A program made the translations under genes and the position numbers. This document shows positions 12,501 through 25,500 of a stretch of DNA of 64,000 nucleotides, piece by piece (position 1 is the first letter of the stretch; the number at the start of each line of letters is the position of its first letter). This DNA comes from the human T2T-CHM13v2.0 reference genome, Homo sapiens. The stretch is taken from NCBI RefSeq assembly GCF_009914755.1, contig NC_060931.1; one strand, written 5' to 3'. Under the pieces are notes generated by a model. It searched no databases. It saw only the letters and a list, made by a program, of their open reading frames with translations, and was not told where the DNA came from.

Positions 12501-13648
12501 TGGAACGTCCCTTTAGACAGAGCAGATTTGAAACACTCTTTTTGCGGAATTTGCAAGTGGAGATTTCTAGCCATTTGATGCCAACAGTAGAAAGGGAAAT
12601 ATCTTCAAATAAAAACCAGACAGAATCATTCTCAGAAAATTCTTTGTGATGTGTGCGTTCAACTCACATAGTTTAACCTTTCTTTTCATAGAGCAGTTTG
12701 GAAACACTCTGTTTGTAAAGTCTGCAAGTGGATATATGGACCGCATTGAGGCCTTCGTTGGAAACGGGATTTCTTCATTTCATGCTAGACAGAAGAATTC
12801 TCAGTAACTTCTTTGTGCTGTGTGTATTCAACTCACAGAGTGGAACGTCCCTTTGCACAGAGCAGATTTGAAACACTCTTTTTGTGGAGTTTGCAAGTGG
12901 AGATTTCAAGAGATTTGATGCCAACAGTAGAAAAGGAAATATCTTCAAATAAAAACTAGACAGAATCATTCTCAGAAACTACTTTGTGATGTGTGCCTTC
13001 AACTCACAGAGTTTAACCTTTCTTTTCTTAGAGCAGTTTAGAAACACTCTGCTTGTTATGTCTGCAAGTGGATATTTGGACCTCTTTGAGGCCTTCGTTG
13101 CAAACGGGGTTTCTTCCTTTCATGCTAGACTAAGAAGAGTTCTCAGTAACTTTTTTGTGTTGTGTGTATTCAACTCACAGAGTTGAACCTTGCTTTAGAG
13201 AGAGCAGATTTGAAACACTCTTGCTGTGGCATTTTCAGGTGGAGATTTCAAGCGATTTGAGGACAATTGCAGAAAAGGAAATATCTTCGTATAATAACCA
13301 GACAGAATCATTCTCAGAAAGTGCTTTGTGATGTGTGCGTTCAACTCACAGAGTTTAACCTTTCTTTTCATAGAGGAGTTTGGAAACACACTGTTTGTAA
13401 AGTCTGCAAGTGGATACATGGACCTGTTTGAGGCCTTCGTTGGAAACGGGATTTCTTCATTGAATGCTAGACGGAAGAATTCTCAGTAAATTCTTTGTGT
13501 TGTGTGCATTCAACTCACAGAGTGGAACGTCCCTTTAGACAGAGCAGATTTGAAACACTCTTTTTGCGGAATTTGCAAGTGGAGATTTCTAGCCATTTGA
13601 TGCCAACAGTAGAAAGGGAAATATCTTCAAATAAAAACCAGACAGAAT

Positions 13649-14652
13649 CATTCTCAGAAAATTCTTTGTGATGTGTGCGTTCAACTCACATAGTTTAACC
13701 TTTCTTTTCATAGAGCAGTTTGGAAACACTCTGTTTGTAAAGTCTGCAAGTGGATATATGGACCGCATTGAGGCCTTCGTTGGAAACGGGATTTCTTCAT
13801 TTCATGCTAGACAGAAGAATTCTCAGTAACTTCTTTGTGCTGTGTGGAACGTCCCTTTGCACAGAGCAGATTTGAAACACTCTTTTTGTGGAGTTTGCAA
13901 GTGGAGATTTCAAGCGATTTGATGCCAACAGTAGAAAAGGAAATATCTTCAAATAAAAACTAGACAGAATCATTCTCAGAAACTACTTTGTGATGTGTGC
14001 CTTCAACTCACAGAGTTTAACCTTTCTTTTCTTAGAGCAGTTTAGAAACACTCTGCTTGTTATGTCTGCAAGTGGATATTTGGACCTCTTTGAGGCCTTC
14101 GTTGCAAACGGGGTTTCTTCCTTTCATGCTAGACTAAGAAGAGTTCTCAGTAACTTTTTTGTGTTGTGTGTATTCAACTCACAGAGTTGAACCTTGCTTT
14201 AGAGAGAGCAGATTTGAAACACTCTTGCTGTGGCATTTTCAGGTGGAGATTTCAAGCGATTTGAGGACAATTGCAGAAAAGGAAATATCTTCGTATAATA
14301 ACCAGACAGAATCATTCTCAGAAAGTGCTTTGTGATGTGTGCGTTCAACTCACAGAGTTTAACCTTTCTTTTCATAGAGGAGTTTGGAAACACACTGTTT
14401 GTAAAGTCTGCAAGTGGATATATGGACCTGTTTGAGGCCTTCGTTGGAAACGGGATTTCTTCATTGAATGCTAGACGGAAGAATTCTCAGTAAATTCTTT
14501 GTGTTGTGTGCATTCAACTCACAGAGTGGAACGTCCCTTTAGACAGAGCAGATTTGAAACACTCTTTTTGCGGAATTTGCAAGTGGAGATTTCTAGCCAT
14601 TTGATGCCAACAGTAGAAAGGGAAATATCTTCAAATAAAAACCAGACAGAAT
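13649..14652 (+). repeat. Second 1004-bp HOR variant with the identical 18-bp deletion
   Basis: GCTGTGTG|GAACGT at 13846/13847. ORF spacing 12986 to 13990 is 1004. Confidence 0.96.
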
Positions 14653-17600
14653 CATTCTCAGAAAATTCTTTGTGATGTGTGCGTTCAACTCACATAGTTT
14701 AACCTTTCTTTTCATAGAGCAGTTTGGAAACACTCTGTTTGTAAAGTCTGCAAGTGGATATATGGACCGCATTGAGGCCTTCGTTGGAAACGGGATTTCT
14801 TCATTTCATGCTAGACAGAAGAATTCTCAGTAACTTCTTTGTGCTGTGTGTATTCAACTCACAGAGTGGAACGTCCCTTTGCACAGAGCAGATTTGAAAC
14901 ACTCTTTTTGTGGAGTTTGCAAGTGGAGATTTCAAGCGATTTGATGCCAACAGTAGAAAAGGAAATATCTTCAAATAAAAACTAGACAGAATCATTCTCA
15001 GAAACTACTTTGTGATGTGTGCCTTCAACTCACAGAGTTTAACCTTTCTTTTCTTAGAGCAGTTTAGAAACACTCTGCTTGTTATGTCTGCAAGTGGATA
15101 TTTGGACCTCTTTGAGGCCTTCGTTGCAAACGGGGTTTCTTCCTTTCATGCTAGACTAAGAAGAGTTCTCAGTAACTTTTTTGTGTTGTGTGTATTCAAC
15201 TCACAGAGTTGAACCTTGCTTTAGAGAGAGCAGATTTGAAACACTCTTGCTGTGGCATTTTCAGGTGGAGATTTCAAGCGATTTGAGGACAATTGCAGAA
15301 AAGGAAATATCTTCGTATAATAACCAGACAGAATCATTCTCAGAAAGTGCTTTGTGATGTGTGCGTTCAACTCACAGAGTTTAACCTTTCTTTTCATAGA
15401 GGAGTTTGGAAACACACTGTTTGTAAGGACTGCAAGTGGCTATATGGACCTGTTTGAGGCCTTCGTTGGAAACGGGATTTCTTCATTGAATGCTAGACGG
15501 AAGAATTCTCAGTAAATTCTTTGTGTTGTGTGCATTCAACTCACAGAGTGGAACGTCCCTTTAGACACAGCAGATTTGAAACACTCTTTTTGCGGAATTT
15601 GCAAGTGGAGATTTCTAGCCATTTGATGCCAACAGTAGAAAGGGAAATATCTTCAAATAAAAACCAGACAGAATCATTCTCAGAAAATTCTTTGTGATGT
15701 GTGCGTTCAACTCACATAGTTTAACCTTTCTTTTCATAGAGCAGTTTGGAAACACTCTGTTTGTAAAGTCTGCAAGTGGATATATGGACCGCATTGAGGC
15801 CTTCGTTGGAAACGGGATTTCTTCATTTCATGCTAGACAGAAGAATTCTCAGTAACTTCTTTGTGCTGTGTGTATTCAACTCACAGAGTGGAACGTCCCT
15901 TTGCACAGAGCAGATTTGAAACACTCTTTTTGTGGAGTTTGCAAGTGGAGATTTCAAGCGATTTGATGCCAACAGTAGAAAAGGAAATATCTTCAAATAA
16001 AAACTAGACAGAATCATTCTCAGAAACTACTTTGTGATGTGTGCCTTCAACTCACAGAGTTCAACCTTTCTTTTCTTAGAGCAGTTTAGAAACACTCTGC
16101 TTGTTATGTCTGCAAGTGGATATTTGGACCTCTTTGAGGCCTTCGTTGCAAACGGGGTTTCTTCCTTTCATGCTAGACTAAGAAGAGTTCTCAGTAACTT
16201 TTTTGTGTTGTGTGTATTCAACTCACAGAGTTGAACCTTGCTTTAGAGAGAGCAGATTTGAAACACTCTTGCTGTGGCATTTTCAGGTGGAGATTTCAAG
16301 CGATTTGAGGACAATTGCAGAAAAGGAAATATCTTCGTATAATAACCAGACAGAATCATTCTCAGAAAGTGCTTTGTGATGTGTGCGTTCAACTCACAGA
16401 GTTTAACCTTTCTTTTCATAGAGGAGTTTGGAAACACACTGTTTGTAAAGTCTGCAAGTGGATATATGGACCTGTTTGAGGCCTTCGTTGGAAACGGGAT
16501 TTCTTCATTGAATGCTAGACGGAAGAATTCTCAGTAAATTCTTTGTGTTGTGTGCATTCAACTCACAGAGTGGAACGTCCCTTTAGACAGAGCAGATTTG
16601 AAACACTCTTTTTGCGGAATTTGCAAGTGGAGATTTCTAGCCATTTGATGCCAACAGTAGAAAGGGAAATATCTTCAAATAAAAACCAGACAGAATCATT
16701 CTCAGAAAATTCTTTGTGATGTGTGCGTTCAACTCACATAGTTTAACCTTTCTTTTCATAGAGCAGTTTGGAAACACTCTGTTTGTAAAGTCTGCAAGTG
16801 GATATATGGACCGCATTGAGGCCTTCGTTGGAAACGGGATTTCTTCATTTCATGCTAGACAGAAGAATTCTCAGTAACTTCTTTGTGCTGTGTGTATTCA
16901 ACTCACAGAGTGGAACGTCCCTTTGCACAGAGCAGATTTGAAACACTCTTTTTGTGGAGTTTGCAAGTGGAGATTTCAAGCGATTTGATGCCAACAGTAG
17001 AAAAGGAAATATCTTCAAATAAAAACTAGACAGAATCATTCTCAGAAACTACTTTGTGATGTGTGCCTTCAACTCACAGAGTTTAACCTTTCTTTTCTTA
17101 GAGCAGTTTAGAAACACTCTGCTTGTTATGTCTGCAAGTGGATACTTGGACCTCTTTGAGGCCTTCGTTGCAAACGGGGTTTCTTCCTTTCATGCTAGAC
17201 TAAGAAGAGTTCTCAGTAACTTTTTTGTGTTGTGTGTATTCAACTCACAGAGTTGAAACTTGCTTTAGAGAGAGCAGATTTGAAACACTCTTGCTGTGGC
17301 ATTTTCAGGTGGAGATTTCAAGCGATTTGAGGACAATTGCAGAAAAGGAAATATCTTCGTATAATAACCAGACAGAATCATTCTCAGAAAGTGCTTTGTG
17401 ATGTGTGCGTTCAACTCACAGAGTTTAACCTTTCTTTTCATAGAGGAGTTTGGAAACACACTGTTTGTAAAGTCTGCAAGTGGATATATGGACCTGTTTG
17501 AGGCCTTCGTTGGAAACGGGATTTCCTCATTGAATGCTTGACGGAAGAATTCTCAGTAAATTCTTTGTGTTGTGTGCATTCAACTCACAGAGTGGAACGT

Positions 17601-19539
17601 CCCTTTAGACAGAGCAGATTTGAAACACTCTTTTTGCGGAATTTGCAAGTGGAGATTTCTAGCCATTTGATGCCAACAGTAGAAAGGGAAATATCTTCAA
17701 ATAAAAACCAGACAGAATCATTCTCAGAAAATTCTTTGTGATGTGTGCGTTCAACTCACATAGTTTAACCTTTCTTTTCATAGAGCAGTTTGGAAACACT
17801 CTGTTTGTAAAGTCTGCAAGTGGATATATGGACCGCATTGAGGCCTTCGTTGGAAACGGGATTTCTTCATTTCATGCTAGACAGAAGAATTCTCAGTAAC
17901 TTCTTTGTGCTGTGTGTATTCAACTCACAGAGTGGAACGTCCCTTTGCACAGAGCAGATTTGAAACACTCTTTTTGTGGAGTTTGCAAGTGGAGATTTCA
18001 AGCGATTTGATGCCAACAGTAGAAAAGGAAATATCTTCAAATAAAAACTAGACAGAATCATTCTCAGAAACTACTTTGTGATGTGTGCCTTCAACTCACA
18101 GAGTTTAACCTTTCTTTTCTTAGAGCAGTTTAGAAACACTCTGCTTGTTATGTCTGCAAGTGGATATTTGGACCTCTTTGAGGCCTTCGTTGCAAACGGG
18201 GTTTCTTCCTTTCATGCTAGACTAAGAAGAGTTCTCAGTAACTTTTTTGTGTTGTGTGTATTCAACTCACAGAGTTGAACCTTGCTTTAGAGAGAGCAGA
18301 TTTGAAACACTCTCGCTGTGGCATTTTCAGGTGGAGATTTCAAGCGATTTGAGGACAATTGCAGAAAAGGAAATATCTTCGTATAATAACCAGACAGAAT
18401 CATTCTCAGAAAGTGCTTTGTGATGTGTGCGTTCAACTCACAGAGTTTAACCTTTCTTTTCATAGAGGAGTTTGGAAACACACTGTTTGTAAGGACTGCA
18501 AGTGGATATATGGACCTGTTTGAGGCCTTCGTTGGAAACGGGATTTCTTCATTGAATGCTAGACGGAAGAATTCTCAGTAAATTCTTTGTGTTGTGTGCA
18601 TTCAACTCACAGAGTGGAACGTCCCTTTAGACAGAGCAGATTTGAAACACTCTTTTTGTGGAATTTGCAAGTGGAGATTTCTAGCCATTTGATGCCAACA
18701 GTAGAAAGGGAAATATCTTCAAATAAAAACCAGACAGAATCATTCTCAGAAAATTCTTTGTGATGTGTGCGTTCAACTCACATAGTTTAACCTTTCTTTT
18801 CATAGAGCAGTTTGGAAACACTCTGTTTGTAAAGTCTGCAAGTGGATATATGGACCGCATTGAGGCCTTCGTTGGAAACGGGATTTCTTCATTTCATGCT
18901 AGACAGAAGAATTCTCAGTAACTTCTTTGTGCTGTGTGTATTCAACTCACAGAGTGGAACGTCCCTTTGCACAGAGCAGATTTGAAACACTCTTTTTGTG
19001 GAGTTTGCAAGTGGAGATTTCAAGCGATTTGATGCCAACAGTAGAAAAGGAAATATCTTCAAATAAAAACTAGACAGAATCATTCTCAGAAACTACTTTG
19101 TGATGTGTGCCTTCAACTCACAGAGTTCAACCTTTCTTTTCTTAGAGCAGTTTAGAAACACTCTGCTTGTTATGTCTGCAAGTGGATATTTGGACCTCTT
19201 TGAGGCCTTCGTTGCAAACGGGGTTTCTTCCTTTCATGCTAGACTAAGAAGAGTTCTCAGTAACTTTTTTGTGTTGTGTGTATTCAACTCACAGAGTTGA
19301 ACCTTGCTTTAGAGAGAGCAGATTTGAAACACTCTTGCTGTGGCATTTTCAGGTGGAGATTTCAAGCGATTTGAGGACAATTTCAGAAAAGGAAATATCT
19401 TCGTATAATAACCAGACAGAATCATTCTCAGAAAGTGCTTTGTGATGTGTGCGTTCAACTCACAGAGTTTAACCTTTCTTTTCATAGAGGAGTTTGGAAA
19501 CACACTGTTTGTAAAGTCTGCAAGTGGATACATGGACCT

Positions 19540-22500
19540 GTTTGAGGCCTTCGTTGGAAACGGGATTTCTTCATTGAATGCTAGACGGAAGAATTCTCAG
19601 TAAATTCTTTGTGTTGTGTGCATTCAACTCACAGAGTGGAACGTCCCTTTAGACAGAGCAGATTTGAAACACTCTTTTTGCGGAATTTGCAAGTGGAGAT
19701 TTCTAGCCATTTGATGCCAACAGTAGAAAGGGAAATATCTTCAAATAAAAACCAGACAGAATCATTCTCAGAAAATTCTTTGTGATGTGTGCGTTCAACT
19801 CACATAGTTTAACCTTTCTTTTCATAGAGCAGTTTGGAAACACTCTGTTTGTAAAGTCTGCAAGTGGATATATGGACCGCATTGAGGCCTTCGTTGGAAA
19901 CGGGATTTCTTCATTTCATGCTAGACAGAAGAATTCTCAGTAACTTCTTTGTGCTGTGTGTATTCAACTCACAGAGTGGAACGTCCCTTTGCACAGAGCA
20001 GATTTGAAACACTCTTTTTGTGGAGTTTGCAAGTGGAGATTTCAAGCGATTTGATGCCAACAGTAGAAAAGGAAATATCTTCAAATAAAAACTAGACAGA
20101 ATCATTCTCAGAAACTACTTTGTGATGTGTGCCTTCAACTCACAGAGTTTAACCTTTCTTTTCTTAGAGCAGTTTAGAAACACTCTGCTTGTTATGTCTG
20201 CAAGTGGATATTTGGACCTCTTTGAGGCCTTCGTTGCAAACGGGGTTTCTTCCTTTCATGCTAGACTAAGAAGAGTTCTCAGTAACTTTTTTGTGTTGTG
20301 TGTATTCAACTCACAGAGTTGAACCTTGCTTTAGAGAGAGCAGATTTGAAACACTCTTGCTGTGGCATTTTCAGGTGGAGATTTCAAGCGATTTGAGGAC
20401 AATTGCAGAAAAGGAAATATCTTCGTATAATAACCAGACAGAATCATTCTCAGAAAGTGCTTTGTGATGTGTGCGTTCAACTCACAGAGTTTAACCTTTC
20501 TTTTCATAGAGGAGTTTGGAAACACACTGTTTGTAAAGTCTGCAAGTGGATACATGGACCTGTTTGAGGCCTTCGTTGGAAACGGGATTTCTTCATTGAA
20601 TGCTAGACGGAAGAATTCTCAGTAAATTCTTTGTGTTGTGTGCATTCAACTCACAGAGTGGAACGTCCCTTTAGACAGAGCAGATTTGAAACACTCTTTT
20701 TGCGGAATTTGCAAGTGGAGATTTCTAGCCATTTGATGCCAACAGTAGAAAGGGAAATATCTTCAAATAAAAACCAGACAGAATCATTCTCAGAAAATTC
20801 TTTGTGATGTGTGCGTTCAACTCACATAGTTTAACCTTTCTTTTCATAGAGCAGTTTGGAAACACTCTGTTTGTAAAGTCTGCAAGTGGATATATGGACC
20901 GCATTGAGGCCTTCGTTGGAAACGGGATTTCTTCATTTCATGCTAGACAGAAGAATTCTCAGTAACTTCTTTGTGCTGTGTGTATTCAACTCACAGAGTG
21001 GAACGTCCCTTTGCACAGAGCAGATTTGAAACACTCTTTTTGTGGAGTTTGCAAGTGGAGATTTCAAGCGATTTGATGCCAACAGTAGAAAAGGAAATAT
21101 CTTCAAATAAAAACTAGACAGAATCATTCTCAGAAACTACTTTGTGATGTGTGCCTTCAACTCACAGAGTTTAACCTTTCTTTTCTTAGAGCAGTTTAGA
21201 AACACTCTGCTTGTTATGTCTGCAAGTGGATATTTGGACCTCTTTGAGGCCTTCGTTGCAAACGGGGTTTCTTCCTTTCATGCTAGACTAAGAAGAGTTC
21301 TCAGTAACTTTTTTGTGTTGTGTGTATTCAACTCACAGAGTTGAACCTTGCTTTAGAGAGAGCAGATTTGAAACACTCTTGCTGTGGCATTTTCAGGTGG
21401 AGATTTCAAGCGATTTGAGGACAATTGCAGAAAAGGAAATATCTTCGTATAATAACCAGACAGAATCATTCTCAGAAAGTGCTTTGTGATGTGTGCGTTC
21501 AACTCACAGAGTTTAACCTTTCTTTTCATAGAGGAGTTTGGAAACACACTGTTTGTAAAGTCTGCAAGTGGATATATGGACCTGTTTGAGGCCTTCGTTG
21601 GAAACGGGATTTCTTCATTGAATGCTAGACGGAAGAATTCTCAGTAAATTCTTTGTGTTGTGTGCATTCAACTCACAGAGTGGAACGTCCCTTTAGACAG
21701 AGCAGATTTGAAACACTCTTTTTGCGGAATTTGCAAGTGGAGATTTCTAGCCATTTGATGCCAACAGTAGAAAGGGAAATATCTTCAAATAAAAACCAGA
21801 CAGAATCATTCTCAGAAAATTCTTTGTGATGTGTGCGTTCAACTCACATAGTTTAACCTTTCTTTTCATAGAGCAGTTTGGAAACACTCTGTTTGTAAAG
21901 TCTGCAAGTGGATATATGGACCGCATTGAGGCCTTCGTTGGAAACGGGATTTCTTCATTTCATGCTAGACAGAAGAATTCTCAGTAACTTCTTTGTGCTG
22001 TGTGTATTCAACTCACAGAGTGGAACGTCCCTTTACACAGAGCAGATTTGAAACACTCTTTTTGTGGAGTTTGCAAGTGGAGATTTCAAGCGATTTGATG
22101 CCAACAGTAGAAAAGGAAATATCTTCAAATAAAAACTAGACAGAATCATTCTCAGAAACTACTTTGTGATGTGTGCCTTCAACTCACAGAGTTTAACCTT
22201 TCTTTTCTTAGAGCAGTTTAGAAACACTCTGCTTGTTATGACTGCAAGTGGATATTTGGACCTCTTTGAGGCCTTCGTTGCAAACGGGGTTTCTTCCTTT
22301 CATGCTAGACTAAGAAGAGTTCTCAGTAACTTTTTTGTGTTGTGTGTATTCAACTCACAGAGTTGAACCTTGCTTTAGAGAGAGCAGATTTGAAACACTC
22401 TTGCTGTGGCATTTTCAGGTGGAGATTTCAAGCGATTTGAGGACAATTGCAGAAAAGGAAATATCTTCGTATAATAACCAGACAGAATCATTCTCAGAAA

Positions 22501-25500
22501 GTGCTTTGTGATGTGTGCGTTCAACTCACAGAGTTTAACCTTTCTTTTCATAGAGGAGTTTGGAAACACACTGTTTGTAAGGACTGCAAGTGGATATATG
22601 GACCTGTTTGAGGCCTTCGTTGGAAACGGGATTTCTTCATTGAATGCTAGACGGAAGAATTCTCAGTAAATTCTTTGTGTTGTGTGCATTCAACTCACAG
22701 AGTGGAACGTCCCTTTAGACACAGCAGATTTGAAACACTCTTTTTGCGGAATTTGCAAGTGGAGATTTCTAGCCATTTGATGCCAACAGTAGAAAGGGAA
22801 ATATCTTCAAATAAAAACCAGACAGAATCATTCTCAGCAAATTCTTTGTGGTGTGTGCGTTCAACTCACATAGTTTAACCTTTCTTTTCATAGAGCAGTT
22901 TGGAAACACTCTGTTTGTAAAGTCTGCAAGTGGATATATGGACCGCATTGAGGCCTTCGTTGGAAACGGGATTTCTTCATTTCATGCTAGACAGAAGAAT
23001 TCTCAGTAACTTCTTTGTGCTGTGTGTATTCAACTCACAGAGTGGAACGTCCCTTTGCACAGAGCAGATTTGAAACACTCTTTTTGTGGAGTTTGCAAGT
23101 GGAGATTTCAAGCGATTTGATGCCAACAGTAGAAAAGGAAATATCTTCAAATAAAAACTAGACAGAATCATTCTCAGAAACTACTTTGTGATGTGTGCCT
23201 TCAACTCACAGAGTTCAACCTTTCTTTTCTTAGAGCAGTTTAGAAACACTCTGCTTGTTATGTATGCAAGTGGATATTTGGACCTCTTTGAGGCCTTCGT
23301 TGCAAACGGGGTTTCTTCCTTTCATGCTAGACTAAGAAGAGTTCTCAGTAACTTTTTTGTGTTGTGTGTATTCAACTCACAGAGTTGAACCTTGCTTTAG
23401 AGAGAGCAGATTTGAAACACTCTTGCTGTGGCATTTTCAGGTGGAGATTTCAAGCGATTTGAGGACAATTGCAGAAAAGGAAATATCTTCGTATAATAAC
23501 CAGACAGAATCATTCTCAGAAAGTGCTTTGTGATGTGTGCGTTCAACTCACAGAGTTTAACCTTTCTTTTCATAGAGGAGTTTGGAAACACACTGTTTGT
23601 AAAGTCTGCAAGTGGATACATGGACCTGTTTGAGGCCATCGTTGGAAACGGGATTTCTTCATTGAATGCTAGACGGAAGAATTCTCAGTAAATTCTTTGT
23701 GTTGTGTGCATTCAACTCACAGAGTGGAACGTCCCTTTAGACACAGCAGATTTGAAACACTCTTTTTGCGGAATTTGCAAGTGGAGATTTCTAGCCATTT
23801 GATGCCAACAGTAGAAAGGGAAATATCTTCAAATAAAAACCAGACAGAATCATTCTCAGAAAATTCTTTGTGATGTGTGCGTTCAACTCACATAGTTTAA
23901 CCTTTCTTTTCATAGAGCAGTTTGGAAACACTCTGTTTGTAAAGTCTGCAAGTGGATATATGGACCGCATTGAGGCCTTCGTTGGAAACGGGATTTCTTC
24001 ATTTCATGCTAGACAGAAGAATTCTCAGTAACTTCTTTGTGCTGTGTGTATTCAACTCACAGAGTGGAACGTCCCTTTGCAGAGAGCAGATTTGAAACAC
24101 TCTTTTTGTGGAGTTTGCAAGTGGAGATTTCAAGCAATTTGATGCCAACAGTAGAAAAGGAAATATCTTCAAATAAAAACTAGACAGAATCATTCTCAGA
24201 AACTACTTTGTGATGTGTGCCTTCAACTCACAGAGTTTAACCTTTCTTTTCTTAGAGCAGTTTAGAAACACTCTGCTTGTTACGTCTGCAAGTGGATATT
24301 TGGACCTCTTTGAGGCCTTCGTTGCAAACGGGGTTTCTTCCTTTCATGCTAGACTAAGAAGAGTTCTCAGTAACTTTTTTGTGTTGTGTGTATTCAACTC
24401 ACAGAGTTGAACCTTGCTTTAGAGAGAGCAGATTTGAAACACTCTTGCTGTGGCATTTTCAGGTGGAGATTTCAAGCGATTTGAGGACTATTGCAGAAAA
24501 GGAAATATCTTCGTATAATAACCAGACAGAATCATTCTCAGAAAGTGCTTTGTGATGTGTGCGTTCAACTCACAGAGTTTAACCTTTCTTTTCATAGAGG
24601 AGTTTGGAAACACACTGTTTGTAAAGTCTGCAAGTGGATATATGGACCTGTTTGAGGCCTTCGTTGGAAACGGGATTTCTTCATTGAATGCTAGACGGAA
24701 GAATTCTCAGTAAATTCTTTGTGTTGTGTGCATTCAACTCACAGAGTGGAACGTCCCTTTAGACAGAGCAGATTTGAAACACTCTTTTTGCGGAATTTGC
24801 AAGTGGAGATTTCTAGCCATTTGATGCCAACAGTAGAAAGGGAAATATCTTCAAATAAAAACCAGACAGAATCATTCTCAGAAAATTCTTTGTGATGTGT
24901 GCGTTCAACTCACATAGTTTAACCTTTCTTTTCATAGAGCAGTTTGGAAACACTCTGTTTGTAAAGTCTGCAAGTGGATATATGGACCGCATTGAGGCCT
25001 TCGTTGGAAACGGGATTTCTTCATTTCATGCTAGACAGAAGAATTCTCAGTAACTTCTTTGTGCTGTGTGTATTCAACTCACAGAGTGGAACGTCCCTTT
25101 GCACAGAGCAGATTTGAAACACTCTTTTTGTGGAGTTTGCAAGTGGAGATTTCAAGCGATTTGATGCCAACAGTAGAAAAGGAAATATCTTCAAATAAAA
25201 ACTAGACAGAATCATTCTCAGAAACTACTTTGTGATGTGTGCCTTCAACTCACAGAGTTTAACCTTTCTTTTCTTAGAGCAGTTTAGAAACACTCTGCTT
25301 GTTATGACTGCAAGTGGATATTTGGACCTCTTTGAGGCCTTCGTTGCAAACGGGGTTTCTTCCTTTCATGCTAGACTAAGAAGAGTTCTCAGTAACTTTT
25401 TTGTGTTGTGTGTATTCAACTCACAGAGTTGAACCTTGCTTTAGAGAGAGCAGATTTGAAACACTCTTGCTGTGGCATTTTCAGGTGGAGATTTCAAGCG

